Positions 1 to 12,496 of a stretch of 64,000 bases of DNA are shown here, in pieces; positions within the stretch are counted from its first letter, which is position 1, and the number at the start of each line of letters is the position of its first letter. The DNA comes from Octopus sinensis (Eukaryota): assembly GCF_006345805.1 (NCBI RefSeq), contig NC_043016.1:682001-746000 (forward strand). Direction: 5' to 3'. Made by a program: the position numbers and the translations under genes. Below the pieces are notes generated by a model. It searched no databases, was not told the origin of the DNA, and was given only the letters and a program-made list of their open reading frames with translations.

Positions 1-59
1 TATTATATATGTTGTATGTTTGGTGCGCGTTGTAAAATATTTGCCTGTGTGTGTATTTG

Positions 60-235
60 TATGTATATGAATATATACAACACACACACAGACACATAAC
101 CACACAGCCATATATTTTATGTGTATATATATATAGTATATATATATATATATATTATATATATACATATATATATATATGTGATGTATATGTATATGTA
201 TATGTATTTGTATGTATGTATGTATATATAGTTAT
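60..235. repeat. (TA)n/(TATG)n compound microsatellite
   Basis: Direct reading of dinucleotide/tetranucleotide runs; explains ORF 51..242. Confidence 0.95.
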
Positions 236-364
236 AATCTGAAATTGTTAATTCAGTGTATATAATTTATTGTTCTTTTTGTTAGCATTATGTGAAGAGA
301 ATATTAGCAAAGAAATTCCACCAAGGCCCTTAGCATCATTTATTAATCTTTATAAAAAACAACA

Positions 365-590
365 ATAACAAAAAACAAGTGCATAATAACAATGATAATA
401 ATAATAATAAATAAAAATAATAATAATAATGATAATAATATATAACAATAATAATAATAATAATAATAATAATATAATAATAAAATAATAATAATAATAA
501 TAACAATAATAATGATAATAATAATAATAATAATATAATAATAATAATAATAATATAATAATAATAATAATAACAGCAATAACAACTATG
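365..590. repeat. (AAT)n microsatellite, imperfect
   Basis: Direct reading. Confidence 0.95.
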
Positions 591-792
591 AGAACAAAGT
601 AAGAACGATGACTATGACAAGAGTAGCAACAACAAAAAATAACCACCTCCATCACAACACCACCGCAAAATCCCCGCCATAACAGCCAACAGATGCAGAA
701 ATGGCAGCAGCAGTAGCAGCAATAGATGGAGCAACGTCCACAACACATCTTGTTATAACAACTATCATTAAGTCGACGACGGTCACCAATAC

Positions 793-1240
793 AACCACCA
801 CCACCACCACCACCACCACCACCACCACCACCACCACCACCACTAACCACCACCACCACCACCACCACCAACCCACCACCACCACCACCACCACCACCAC
901 CACCACCACACCACCACCACCACCACCACCACCACCACTACCACTACCACCACCACCACCACCACCACCACCACCACCACCACCACTACCACCACCACCA
1001 CCACCACCACCACCACCACCACCACCACCACCACCACCACCACCACCAACAACAACAATAGAAGCAGAAACGGCAGCATCAGTTATAGCAGCAACAACAG
1101 CGACTACCATTACTACAATAACTATAGTAATAGCTTCACCACCACCGGCAGCACCGCCACCACCACCACTATCACTACCACCACCACTGCCATCGCACCC
1201 ACTACCACCACCACCACCACCACCACCGCCAATAACAACA
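793..1240. repeat. (ACC)n triplet array, near-perfect 793-1049 and degenerate beyond
   Basis: Direct reading; produces the poly-T/H/P and poly-G/V/W ORFs. Confidence 0.95.
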
Positions 1241-1289
1241 ACACCAGCACAACCAAACAAAACACTGAAGCATCACTATCACTACCAGT

Positions 1290-1525
1290 ACCATTACTAT
1301 ATCCCTAGCAACAGCGACACATCGACATCATCATCATCACCATCGTCGTCGTCGTCGTCGACATCGTCATCATTATCATTATCATAATCATCATTACTAT
1401 AGCCATCGTCATTATCATCATCATCATCATCAATACCATCGTCGTCGTCATCATCATCATCACCACCACAATCATCATCGTCATCGTCCTCATCATCATC
1501 AACATCGTCATCATCGTCATCGACG

Positions 1526-1562
<37 letters not shown>

Positions 1563-1625
1563 TATCATCATCAACGTGAACAAGTGCATCCACAAAGACA
1601 ATTGCATCAACCCCACCACCACCAC
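1290..1625. repeat. (TCA)n/(TCG)n triplet array
   Basis: Direct reading; produces the poly-D and poly-M ORFs. Confidence 0.9.
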
Positions 1626-1908
1626 AAACGCAACGACAGCAAAATTAAAATCGAGGTGAACGCTCTACAAGAATAAGCCTTTTCTTCTAGATAATTCTTT
1701 GTGGAAAGACAACACAGACTTGGCAGATTTTGCAGCAGCTTTTACTCAATACTTGTCAAAATATGTAACAAGTATCATTATAGACGACGTCAATAAATTC
1801 CTAAAGAAAAAAAAACACTTTTAATTAACTGCTAGAGTTCATTGTCCATTGGTAACTAGAATACTAGAATAAAATAAGTATCACTATAGTTAGCAAACAA
1901 TCTGCATA

Positions 1909-1911
1909 TCC

Positions 1912-1963
<52 letters not shown>

Positions 1964-2231
1964 CCCAATCTGTCAATCAATCTATCTATCTTATTTCTTT
2001 AGTGCCCACAAGGGGCTAAACATAGAAGGGACAAACAATGACAGACAAAGGGATTAAGTCGATTACATCGACCCCAGTGCGTGACTGGTACTTAATTTAT
2101 CGACGCCGAAAGGATGAAAGGAAAAGTCGACCTCGGCGGAATTTGAACTCATAACGTAACGGCAGTCGAAATACCGCTAAGCATTTCGCTGATGCTAACG
2201 TTTCTGCCAGGTATCTATCTATCTATCTATA

Positions 2232-2275
<44 letters not shown>

Positions 2276-2287
2276 ATCTATCTATCT

Positions 2288-2324
<37 letters not shown>

Positions 2325-2352
2325 ATATATATTATCTATCTATCTATCTATA

Positions 2353-2420
<68 letters not shown>
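1909..2420. repeat. (ATCT)n tract interrupted by a SINE
   Basis: ATCT runs at 1909-1990 and 2213-2420. Confidence 0.95.
1991..2210 (-). mobile_element. tRNA-derived SINE, family A (Meta-domain-like core)
   Basis: Minus strand reads CTGGCAGAAACGTTAGCA (A-box region), GAGTTCAAATTCC (B box), then a CCTTTCATCCTTTCGGCGTCGATAAATTAAGTACCAG core. The same core recurs at 3922, 18302, 47163 and 63694. Meta-SINE resemblance is from recall. Confidence 0.85.
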
Positions 2421-2425
<5 letters not shown>

Positions 2426-3921
2426 GTTTGCCTGTTTTTCGTGTCGTCTCACGTAACTTCTTACATTTTGTCGTGTTTGCTTATGTATATCTGAAAATAT
2501 ATTTTTGTAAGAGAAACATCTGCCTGGCCTTGAGCGAAGCTCGCCCGAGTATTTTCCTTTCAGGGCGAATTATCATATTGCGAAATCTTATCTCATAAAT
2601 ATTTTCCTCTGTCTGGAAAACAGACATGGACAGTTTACCTAACAATGGCAGCGTTCCGGCGTTCAAGTTAGAAATGGAAACCATCCATTACCATCAGCGA
2701 ACACATCGAACAAAGCAGAAAACATTGATGCACTCGCACACACATACACACATTTGAACAACACAATACATATACTGACGCAAGCTTTCCTTCCGACAGA
2801 GCTATGAACGGTGCATCCACCTCTATTACTCCTCCTGTTACTACCACTGTTACAAAAACCACTACCACCAGCAACAATACAATTGACAAACCAAATAACT
2901 TTGCAGCTATTTTAAAGCAAAACAAAAAAAAAGAGTGTTAATGTCCTTCTCAACAGAACGAATACAGTGCAAAAAATTAGTGAACAAAGAAATAGGGCTA
3001 TAAACCGTAATCGCCCACAAAGCATTTTGTAAGACATTTCTCAAAAAAAATTTATACATGAAACCCTGAACATAAAGACTAAAAAGCTAGAACAAGCCAC
3101 TCAACAAACAGCTGAGAAATGTCTACTGCCCATATGGGCTTATAGAGCATATACCACAAGTGGCAAAAAATTTTCCACGATTGAGGTAAGATTTGATAGA
3201 GAGGAACGCACGAAAGATTTCTCAACGAGGTCCCTCAAATGCGAGGACTTGATAATGATTTCCACCTACCTAGATCCTCGGGTGACGAGGGTGAGAATCA
3301 AGAGTGTGCCCCCTGAAATACAAATAAGATGGCTGGTGTCAGCAGTCTGTTAAGATTTCGAAGAAAATCTAGTCATATTAGAAATTGCTGTACTGGAACA
3401 GCAAAACTGTGTTGGACAAGGGTTTGATCTTTTAATCCAGGCAAATTAGGAGACAATAGAATATCTCCAAGATTTGATAAAGCTATCGGATGGCACGACG
3501 TTACATACCACAGCTGAAGGCCGAAGGCCAAGTTGCTACCTTTCTGGTAGCAAATGCCATTTAAAAATAGACTGCAAATTGTCAGAACAACAACGAAAAC
3601 AAGAACAACAACAAAACCAGAGTCCCAAGAGCAAACCAGCACTGTTACCCACACCACCATCAACAAAGAAAATGAAGCAGCTCTACGAACAGATGAAAGA
3701 ACTCCACAAAACAACCAACTAACTCAGCCCACCGAAGCTGCTAACACCACCAACAACGGAAGCAACACCATCACCACCATTAACAACAACAGCCCGAGAA
3801 GTACCGGACCCTGAAAAGAAAAAAGACCAACCCCTCATCCCCATACATCACATCACAACAGCCATCAACCAACTCTAAAAACAGCATCATTATCAACACG
3901 CTATCAATCAAACCCAATACC

Positions 3922-4059
3922 TATTTCTTTATTACCCACAAGGAGGCTAAACACAGAGGGGACAAACAAGGCAGACATAGGTATTAAGTCGATTACATCG
4001 ACCCCAGTGCGTAACTGGTACTTAATTTATCGACCCCGAAAGGATGAAAGGCAAAGTCG
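3922..4059 (-). mobile_element. 5'-truncated family A SINE inserted in Tx1 ORF1, with 12-bp TSD
   Basis: AAACCCAATACC at 3910-3921 and 4060-4071 flanks the SINE core and tail. Confidence 0.88.
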
Positions 4060-4125
4060 AAACCCAATACCATTACCCACCCATTGTCTTACTCTTCCGA
4101 TATGTCATCTGATGAAGACGACATT

Positions 4126-4325
4126 CAATTCAATTTTTTTTCAATACCAGTTCAATTTTTATTGGCTTAAAAAGCAAAAGCAAGGCCATGTCGGGGGACA
4201 GTGAGTTATGTACAGGGTGGGTGGTCATACAAAGAGTTCAGGCCATTTCTGGTCAAGAGAGACTTTGAACCGAGCGGTCGTCGGCACCTTCACTATCTCG
4301 TCCGGTAGCTTATTCCACGGATCCG
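4126..4325 (-). mobile_element. 3' end of a CR1/L2-like LINE inserted in Tx1 ORF1
   Basis: Minus strand encodes PWNKLPDEIVKVPTTARFKVSLDQKWPELFV*, then a short UTR with AATAAA and an (AATTG)-like tail. Confidence 0.7.
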
Positions 4326-4822
4326 ATGGCAAATAGCCACAGCGGGAAGGAGAAAAGAACAAACCACACAATTAGACAAGGCAAGGAGATGCACAACTCC
4401 CGGCAACAAAACTCCCACACGTAACAACAACAATAACAACAGCAACAGCACCGATACTACAAACACTAACACCAACAATATTAACAGCCAACAGCACCAT
4501 CAATTTGGACCTGGTGCAATACATTAGGTCAAACACTGACATAACACAAGACAATGTTAAAACAAACAACTACCTACACACAACACCGCCACAACACATA
4601 AACATCCTGCACATGTTGCAAAACACGCACAATTACTGAAATCTCTCTACCTTAATGCTGTAGGAGATGTCAAAATACCTCTCGAAAAAACTATATAAAA
4701 ACCTCATGACAGAAACTTCTATGGAGGAAAGCAACCAATTTTCGAATAGTAAGTGACTCCCTCTCTCTCTCTCTCCTTTTTCTTTTTCTCCTTGTGTGTA
4801 AAACACAAGTTTCGTTAGGGTA

Positions 4823-7800
4823 ATGCTCAAAATAGGTAGTGTAAATGTACGTGGCTTGGCGTCGCCTTCGAAATAAGGTTACCTCTGAAATGGCATCAAG
4901 TCACAAAACGTAGATATCATATCCATCAGCAAAACTAGACACTCCAATCCACGGACCCTCCAGCCCATGTTTGGCAGACAATTCGAAATTTATTTTCCCC
5001 CGTGTCTGCCGAGAATGGGCGGTGGTGGTACTGCGGTGTTTTTTCTAAAGAGTCTGGATCTGAAAGTAAGGGCAGTATTCTCAGACTCGGAGGGCAGGCT
5101 GGTCGTCTTGGATGTCGATTGTAGTAACGGCTGTGCTTTCCGACTAATAACAATGTATGCACAGACCTTAACAGGTAAACCGGGTTTTTTTCGACGTCTA
5201 GAGGCTTTCCTGGGAACGTTTCGGAATCTACTTTTTGTGGGGGATTGGAACGCTACCTTGGACACGCATTTAGACTGTGGGTAGAGATAGGAAGAGAGGG
5301 GGATGCAAATACCTCATAGACCTGCTCAGACGTTTCTAGCTGTCTGACAAGTATCGACTGGACTATCCAAATGTGCCAATATGGACAAGGCTCAACCACA
5401 TCGGGTCGTCCAGATCGTATTTAGATGGAGTATACTGAATGACAGTGGATATGGATAGTGTAGGTTTGTCCACAACTTCAGCTACACAGATCACAAATTC
5501 ACTTGTACGCTCGACTTAGATAGGAATCATAAGCATGTTGCCAGTTACTGGAAGCTGAATGCGTCTTCCTCGGCGCGACAAGCTTACAGAGACCGAATTA
5601 GTTGACGGGGGCCATCGTCAACAAAAAATTGTGCTTTGCCCTAAAGAGATAAATTAAAGCAGAATCGATTAGGTATAGCAAGACTTTAGCAATAGACCGA
5701 AATAGAATGGAGGGAGACTTAGTTAAGAAATTAGAAGAGGCACTTAGAACTGGCATCGCATCCAACGTTCTTGCGGCGAAGTTAGATTTGACCAACCCTT
5801 CAACGCCAAACACGAAGGTTGCGTTGTGAGAGCTAGGATGCGTGCTCTGAGAAACGAAGGAATTTCAGCCACCCGAGAAGCCCGGGTGGAGGAGCTGCAG
5901 CGTGGCAACAAAGCCACCTTTCAGTCGGATGAGCAGGGGCGCGAATTCCTCGAGCCCGAAAGGATGTCTGATGCCTTTCAGCAGCACTTTGCCCGAATGC
6001 TCAGGACAACTGGGTTAGAACGAGTTTCGGTAATAGAGGCGGAGTGTTGTGAAAGACCCATCACAGCCGCAGATGTACGGAACGCAATGGCAGGCTGTGC
6101 GAGAGACAAGTCACCGGGCTTGGATGGTCTGCCCTACGAGATTTATTGTCATGTGCCAGACTTGTTTGGAGATGTCTTGGCAACAGTCTACAGCAACTGG
6201 TAGCAAAACAGGAATATCTTCAGTTTTGTGAGTGGAGGAGCTGTGACACAGCTAAAGAAAGACCCAAACAAGGGGGACGTTATAAATAATTTCTGTGCCG
6301 TCAATCTGCTTAATGCAGATTCGAAAAGTTTGGCCAAAGTGCTAGCCGAGAGGTTGGCGCTTGTCATTGAGAAACTGGTCGACAAGATACAAACATGCAC
6401 CGTACCGGGAAGGAGTATCCATGACAACCTCCATCTGATGCGCTACATCATAGACAGGGTAGTTAAGGAGCCTGACGTGGGTAGGGCACTGATCAGTTTG
6501 GATCGATCAAAAGCTTTCGATAGGTCGGTCATCGTTACTCGGAGGCTGTCGTTAGGGCGACTGGTTTCGGTCCCGTCTTCCGCAGTTGGATCGCTGCTTT
6601 ATACAGCGGCATCCACTTGATAGTTCGCGTAAATGGTCATCTGTCCAGACCATTTAAGATCATGCATTCGGTCCGTCAAGTACATCCCCTCTTGTCGCTT
6701 CTGTATGTATTGGCTTTAAAGCCTCTACTGCCGAAGCTGGCGACGCTGAGGGGCATCCGCGAGAGAAGGTGAGGGAGGAGCGTGTCTGCATACGCTGACG
6801 ACGTCATCGTCATAGTGTCGAGCTAGAGGCATATCGACCTGGTCGGGGAGACACTATATGAATACGAAGCAGTAACGGGAGCGAAAATTAACCGGGAAAA
6901 GTCAGTGGGCTTGCGACAGGGCACCTGAAGAAGCTAGCCCATACCGTCCAACAGCGTCTCTAGCGTGGGATACTGGACCGCCGGATCGGTTAAATTGCTT
7001 AGGATCTGGTTCGGTCCGGACCTCCAAATAGAGAAGAACTGGAACCAGATAACGATGAGAGTGCGTACATTGCATCCGTCATCTACTATCACCTGACCGT
7101 CGTGCCTTGTCCCGACCCTACCATCACGTACTCCTCCGCTGGTCAGGCGATCCATTTACTGCCAACATCCGCTAAATGGAGGCTGGACATACCTTGGTTA
7201 ATGATGCGCAGACATAGGCTGAAATTGCGACATCTCCAGCGTTTCATAGACGACGATTGACAGGTGTGATCGTTGTTTGTGAGACGCGCTTTACCGCAGC
7301 TCGTCTCTGACCGAACTGCATCGTGGATAAAACAAAGACAAAGGTTGGGCGAATGGCCCCGCGAGTGTCACTTTACCCTCTAGCAACTCTGCCGACAGGG
7401 TCAAACTTGTGCGAAGGCGTTCTATAGAAGATTAGTGGAGGAGAGGGGCAACAACGTTTTTTGGGAGATCCTGGGCGTCGACGTGGAATACCATTCCCGC
7501 CTCTTCAGGATCATTATGGAGATCTCTGGCCTGGCAGTGCTATCGGGAAGCATTGCCCGTTCGGGATAAGCTCTATAGGCACGGTCCTAGAAACACCGGA
7601 CCGACTTGCCCAAGATGTAGACGAAACAGTTCTGCGCGCACTCGTGCAATGTCCAAATATTTCAGACCTGTGGGCTTATGTCGAACGGCTGCTGTCAGGT
7701 GTGGGACGAATTCAGTTGTTGGCCGAGTCTAGAATATTTCCCCACCACCTTCCTTTAACTGGAAAGGCAAGGCAGTTTTCATTGTATGGTGGCTATGGTG

Positions 7801-8013
7801 AAAGAGTCTGTGTGGTGGACTCGTGCAGAAGGTTTAGAGACAAACACTTTTCTCTCTGGCCAACCTCTCATCAACTTCTTCAAGTATCACTTGAAGAGCA
7901 AGGTGAGAATAGAGAGGGAGGTTTTGTCTAGTGAAAGATTCAATGAAAGGTGGGTGAATGTGGCAAGGACGGTACGATTAAATGACGAAACCGCCTTGAG
8001 CATGATCTTATAA
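4823..8013 (+). pseudogene. Tx1 ORF2 (APE endonuclease + RT), multiple frameshifts and stops
   Basis: Fragments in ORFs 4967..5284, 5826..6203, 6228..6620, 7461..7931 and 7786..8013. Confidence 0.9.
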
Positions 8014-8239
8014 AACAAAGAGATGAAGAGCGCCTTGCTCATGTTAATGTTTTTTTTCCTTTTCGTTTCCGAAGTTACCTTGGTTCTTCCTCGTAGGTTT
8101 TTCTTTCCAACGACTTTTCTGTAATTTCGCTGTTTACACTTTAAAAAATTTTCTTTTCTTTCCCACATTGATCGATTTCGGAAAAGAAAACTTCTACGTT
8201 GTATTGTCCCCTCCGTGTTCGGCTCTGCGTAGCTAATAA

Positions 8240-8460
<221 letters not shown>

Positions 8461-8648
8461 CAAAATGAGAAAATGGAGAAATATATCTAAATCAATCATC
8501 AACTATTAGATAATACCGCATCATATAATTTATTAAAACACTACACAATAGCAATGATATTATACATTAATACAGTACAATAATTACAAGCAATATGGTG
8601 AAATATAACTAAATAAATATAACAAGACATAAAAATACATTTACATTG

Positions 8649-8764
8649 TAGCTTACAGCTGTTTCGGCCATGAAGACAGGTATGTCTCATTTAACCTATT
8701 AGCCATATAATGCAGGTAATGAATGAGACATTAACAAGAATATCTTACGGCCTCTTCAGAGATT
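8649..8764 (-). ncRNA. Hammerhead ribozyme motif (type I, long stem II), PLE-like
   Basis: Minus strand: CUGAAGA-GGCC...GGCC-GAAA-CAGCUG-UA. Stem II contains a perfect 10-bp AUGUCUCAUU/AAUGAGACAU helix and stem III is palindromic. Stem I is weak (2 bp plus mismatch). Confidence 0.7.
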
Positions 8765-9965
8765 CTAGTACAAGTATGAGTACAAATCCTAAATAATTTA
8801 CATATAGATATAAATATGAGTGCATACATACTTATATTCTTACATATATATATATATACACAATAATACAATATAAAAAATATAGATCAATATATATCAA
8901 TAAACACAATAATGTTCCATATTGAACTCCACAGCTCCTCAACCAACATCGAGAAACCACAACAGACACATTCACACTCAATGCAGGCATATATATTAAA
9001 CAGTTCAATATATTAAAATGTGTCACTTCACAAAAAGGCAATAAAGTTAATACCACCACCATAGTACAATCCAAGGCAAGTGGATATCTGCATATATATG
9101 CAATCAGTTACATTCCTCTGTTTGCATGGTATTAATTTTCACAGATGCATTCGATAGGCCTATACTTTTAAATTTGAATTACAATAGATATTTTACGGTT
9201 AGTTAGCTAGGAAACATACACACGCGCACGCACATCCACAAAACGTGCGCACATACAGACATAGTCATATGTTTACACACACACACCCACAGACATACAC
9301 ACATACACACAGACATACCCACATACACAACCAAATCATAAATAAATAAATAAATAACATAAGAGGTACTATCCCAACTATACACTAAGTGTTTACAAAC
9401 AGATCCACTCACATATGTCCATAAATCCGTAAATGCAATCATACATATAATTATACCTAGATGGAGAGTGTAATTTGTCATAAGGTACATAATTCATGTG
9501 ACACCGTATTTTTCGTAAACAAAATATTTTAGAACTAAAAATGTCCGCATCATTACCGCTATGTTTCATTCAAATATTTACTAAATTATAAAATATAGAA
9601 TACCCGTTATGTTTGTCTATCAAAAGACATAAAAATACATATATACTAAGTTAACAGAGGTTTATAATAATTAAATTATAAGAAATTAATTGTAAAAAGT
9701 CAAAATACGCTAATATTCTAAGATATATAATCAAAATAACTCCTTATAACTTATACAGATAACTCCACTACGTAAGAAGTCTAGTATTATTACATTACTA
9801 TTATATTCCTATTTAAACCCTCACCAACGAACTAATAGAATTATACTCACATCTACATATCCATATGTATACTCATGTGTAACAACAAACATATATATAC
9901 TATATATTTTCACATATGATGTGTATGTAAACATTCGTAGTACTTATATATATATATTTTTAAGT

Positions 9966-10078
9966 ATCAGTGGACACATAAATACATATATATAATATAC
10001 AGGATTTAGCATTAAATAATATCAGTGGACGTATAAATACATATATAGTAATTAACAGGACTTACCAATAAATAGTAT
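9966..10078. repeat. Tandem dimer of a ~55-bp unit
   Basis: ATCAGTGGAC(A/G)(C/T)ATAAATACATATATA starts at 9966 and 10021. Confidence 0.8.
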
Positions 10079-10239
10079 ATAAGTAAATAATTATAAATTA
10101 AATTAATTATAAGTTAATAATTGTTATTACTTAAAATTAAAATGTAATAAAATAAAAAAAGATGGAATAATTAAAAATAAAAATGAAAATATAAGTAATA
10201 ACATGTATACATATATATATATTTTAATATATAATGGAT

Positions 10240-10690
10240 ATGTATGTATATATCTACATATAAATAAATAAATGAATAAATAAATAGATAAATACCATAG
10301 AATACAAATTAAGATAAATACAAAAATAAACTTAATATATAATACTGCTAATATGTATATATCCACATATACATAAATGAATAGATAAATAGATAAATAA
10401 CATAAAATAAAATAAAAAATATACATTAAAATGAGTACATAGATAAACTTAGTATACAGGCTGCTAATATGTAAATATTTACATATAAATAAATGAATAA
10501 ATAAATAGATAAATAACATAAAGTACAAATCAAGATGAGTACAAATATAAACTAAATATATAAGACTGCTAATATGTATAAAGCCACATATAAGTAAATG
10601 AATAGATTTATTAATAAATAACATAAGATACAAATTAAGATGAGTACAAAGATAAACTAAATATATAATATATAAGGCTGCCAAATAAAT
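10240..10690. repeat. Degenerate ~110-bp minisatellite, about 4 units
   Basis: CTGCTAATATGTA-like anchor at about 10345, 10461, 10566 and 10677; AAATGAATA..ATAGATAAATAACATA motif recurs. Confidence 0.8.
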
Positions 10691-11069
10691 ACCTGCAAAA
10701 ACCCATATACTCATCGAAAACAAACAATGTACATTCAATATAGACTCGCATTTATTACATATTAGTATTACAGTATCTAAAACCAGCTTCCCAAACTATG
10801 ATACGCATACACACTCATCAATTTTGGAAATCCCCATGAATATCATAGTGCTATGTATATACCAAAATATATATATTCATATCCCAGTGTATTTCCCTTA
10901 TAAGCCAGGACAAAAAACAAAAACAATCAATACAGAACATATATATTTATATATATATGTGTAGCTACAAGATTATAAATTTATAAGTTGTATGTTTCAA
11001 ATTATAAAGACCACAAATACAATCAAATGTAGAGGAAAGTTAAAATTTTACTAGTAGAAAAGCTAAGTT

Positions 11070-12496
11070 CTATTTAAATCTAGAGAAAGTATACGCTAGT
11101 TTATGAATGCAAAAAAAATTCCCCTCGTTAATATTATTAATAATAGGCATTCCAGCTTTGATGATGAAAAAAATTTCATTAATACATAGAGAGCATTTTT
11201 TATTTTTACTATTATATACAGGTGCAGAAGTTAGTATTTTCCAATTTAATTTAAAATCTATGTTCTTACTTTTGAGTTCCCAAATATATGCACTTAACCC
11301 CGTTGAGTACATCCTATTTTTATTTCTAAAAGTATATCTATGATAATTAAGTCTCTGTTTCATGCTATTCATAGTTGCTCCGATGTATACCCTACTGCTA
11401 TATTGTGTATCCAGAGTGCATTGATAAACTACCTCTTTCTTGAGGCATTGATTACCAAACACACATTGATTCCTGTTTCTGAAATTACAGTTATCAACAG
11501 GTTGGGGTAATCTAACATTGGCCAAAATTTCTGTAACTATATTCCCATTAATAGTGTTATAATTATTTTTACTATCCAATCCCAAATTCAACGAGTGATT
11601 GCATTTATTATTATTGGCGATATTCCTATCAATAGTAATAGTATTGGTGGTAGTGGTATCATCTATTACATTAATATTTTTCCTTACAGGTACGGTACTA
11701 TCATAATTTGCAAGAGGGTTGTTCACGTTAGCTCCAAAAGATATATTGTCCCTACGATTATAGAGAGGCAAATTACTATTATCTAAATTCAACTTTCTAT
11801 CATTATAGAAGCAATCCAGTTTCCTGTTATTAAATGAGGAGATGGTGGCTAAATTATGTGTAATGCTATATTCTATTCTAACAGTTCTATTGTTAATTAA
11901 TTGACCAAATTTATTCCTACCCTTAACAAAGTGCCTAAATATTACATTGTGCAAAGCTCTAACTATATCTATTTTATCTGCAATGCATATGGGATTATCA
12001 GCCATAGTGTATCCTTATCAGTATTAGGGTTGCCTATCACATTGTTATTTTTAGTAAAAACCTTGTTCCTCCTCCATCCCATATGTTTACTATCCTTAAC
12101 ATTGTCATTGTTATGCCTATCATTATCAATATTACCATAATTATTATTGCGTAAATAAACTTTACTATTATCATACCTACCATTAGTTTTGATATGCATA
12201 TTATTAATATTACTACCATCACTTATGTGCGCTAATTTATTTAAACTAACGTCAACAGCTCCGAAATTACCAACACCTCTATAATTATTATATGCGTTTT
12301 TATATATCCTATTTTCCCTTATCCTACAGTTATTATTGTTTGTCCTAAATTTATTGGTGATGTATATAAGTATGCATCTGTGTAAGTATGTATATTCAAT
12401 GACACGGGAATCAAGTATAAAACATTTGCAATCGGTCGGCATTTCAAGGAATGTTGCACAGCCTTCGTCAACGTATGCAAGTATAATGCAAAACAA
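11070..12496 (-). pseudogene. Penelope-like (Neptune-type) ORF: RT thumb/linker remnant + GIY-YIG endonuclease, one frameshift
   Basis: WLIIPYALQIK/IDIVRALHNVIFRHF..INNRTVRIEYSITHNL resembles the PLE thumb motif WFNPPYS...FNRNTVKVSYSCMPN. Then C..C..C-VVYQC, VYIG, KQRLNYH, STGLSAYIWELK, CSLCINE, IINN, CIH. Frames 12496-11969 and 12005-11070 join if one A is added at 11972-11975. Confidence 0.85.

Larger units (their letters stand above)
2422..8240 (+). mobile_element. L1/Tx1-clade non-LTR retrotransposon, near full length, decayed
   Basis: ORF1 remnant with degenerate zinc knuckle (EGRRPSCYLSGSKCHLKIDC). ORF2 APE start MLKIGSVNVRGL at 4823; RT motifs KSPGLDGLPYE, SIHDNLHL, LDRSKAFDR, AYADDV (6791-6802); C-terminal knuckle; stop at 8013; AATAAA at 8235-8240. 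Confidence 0.92.

Noticed and set aside
51-1625. Long ORFs rich in P/T/H/G/V/D (for example 701..1387, 228 aa)
   Set aside because: Pure translations of triplet and dinucleotide repeats, open in several frames and on both strands; no domain or splice support.
8624-9640. Exact 17-mer AAGACATAAAAATACAT at 8624 and 9624
   Set aside because: Flanks do not align and the sequence is very AT-rich; insufficient for a pseudo-LTR call.
9966-10690. CRISPR-like array
   Set aside because: Degenerate tandem units without unique spacers, eukaryotic context and no cas genes.
10127-10738. 203-aa hydrophobic ORF
   Set aside because: Reads through the AT-rich 110-bp minisatellite; composition (Y/I/L/F) reflects base bias.
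11070-12005. Viral or intron homing GIY-YIG endonuclease
   Set aside because: The upstream thumb motif and Cys pattern match Penelope-like elements; no viral or group I intron context.
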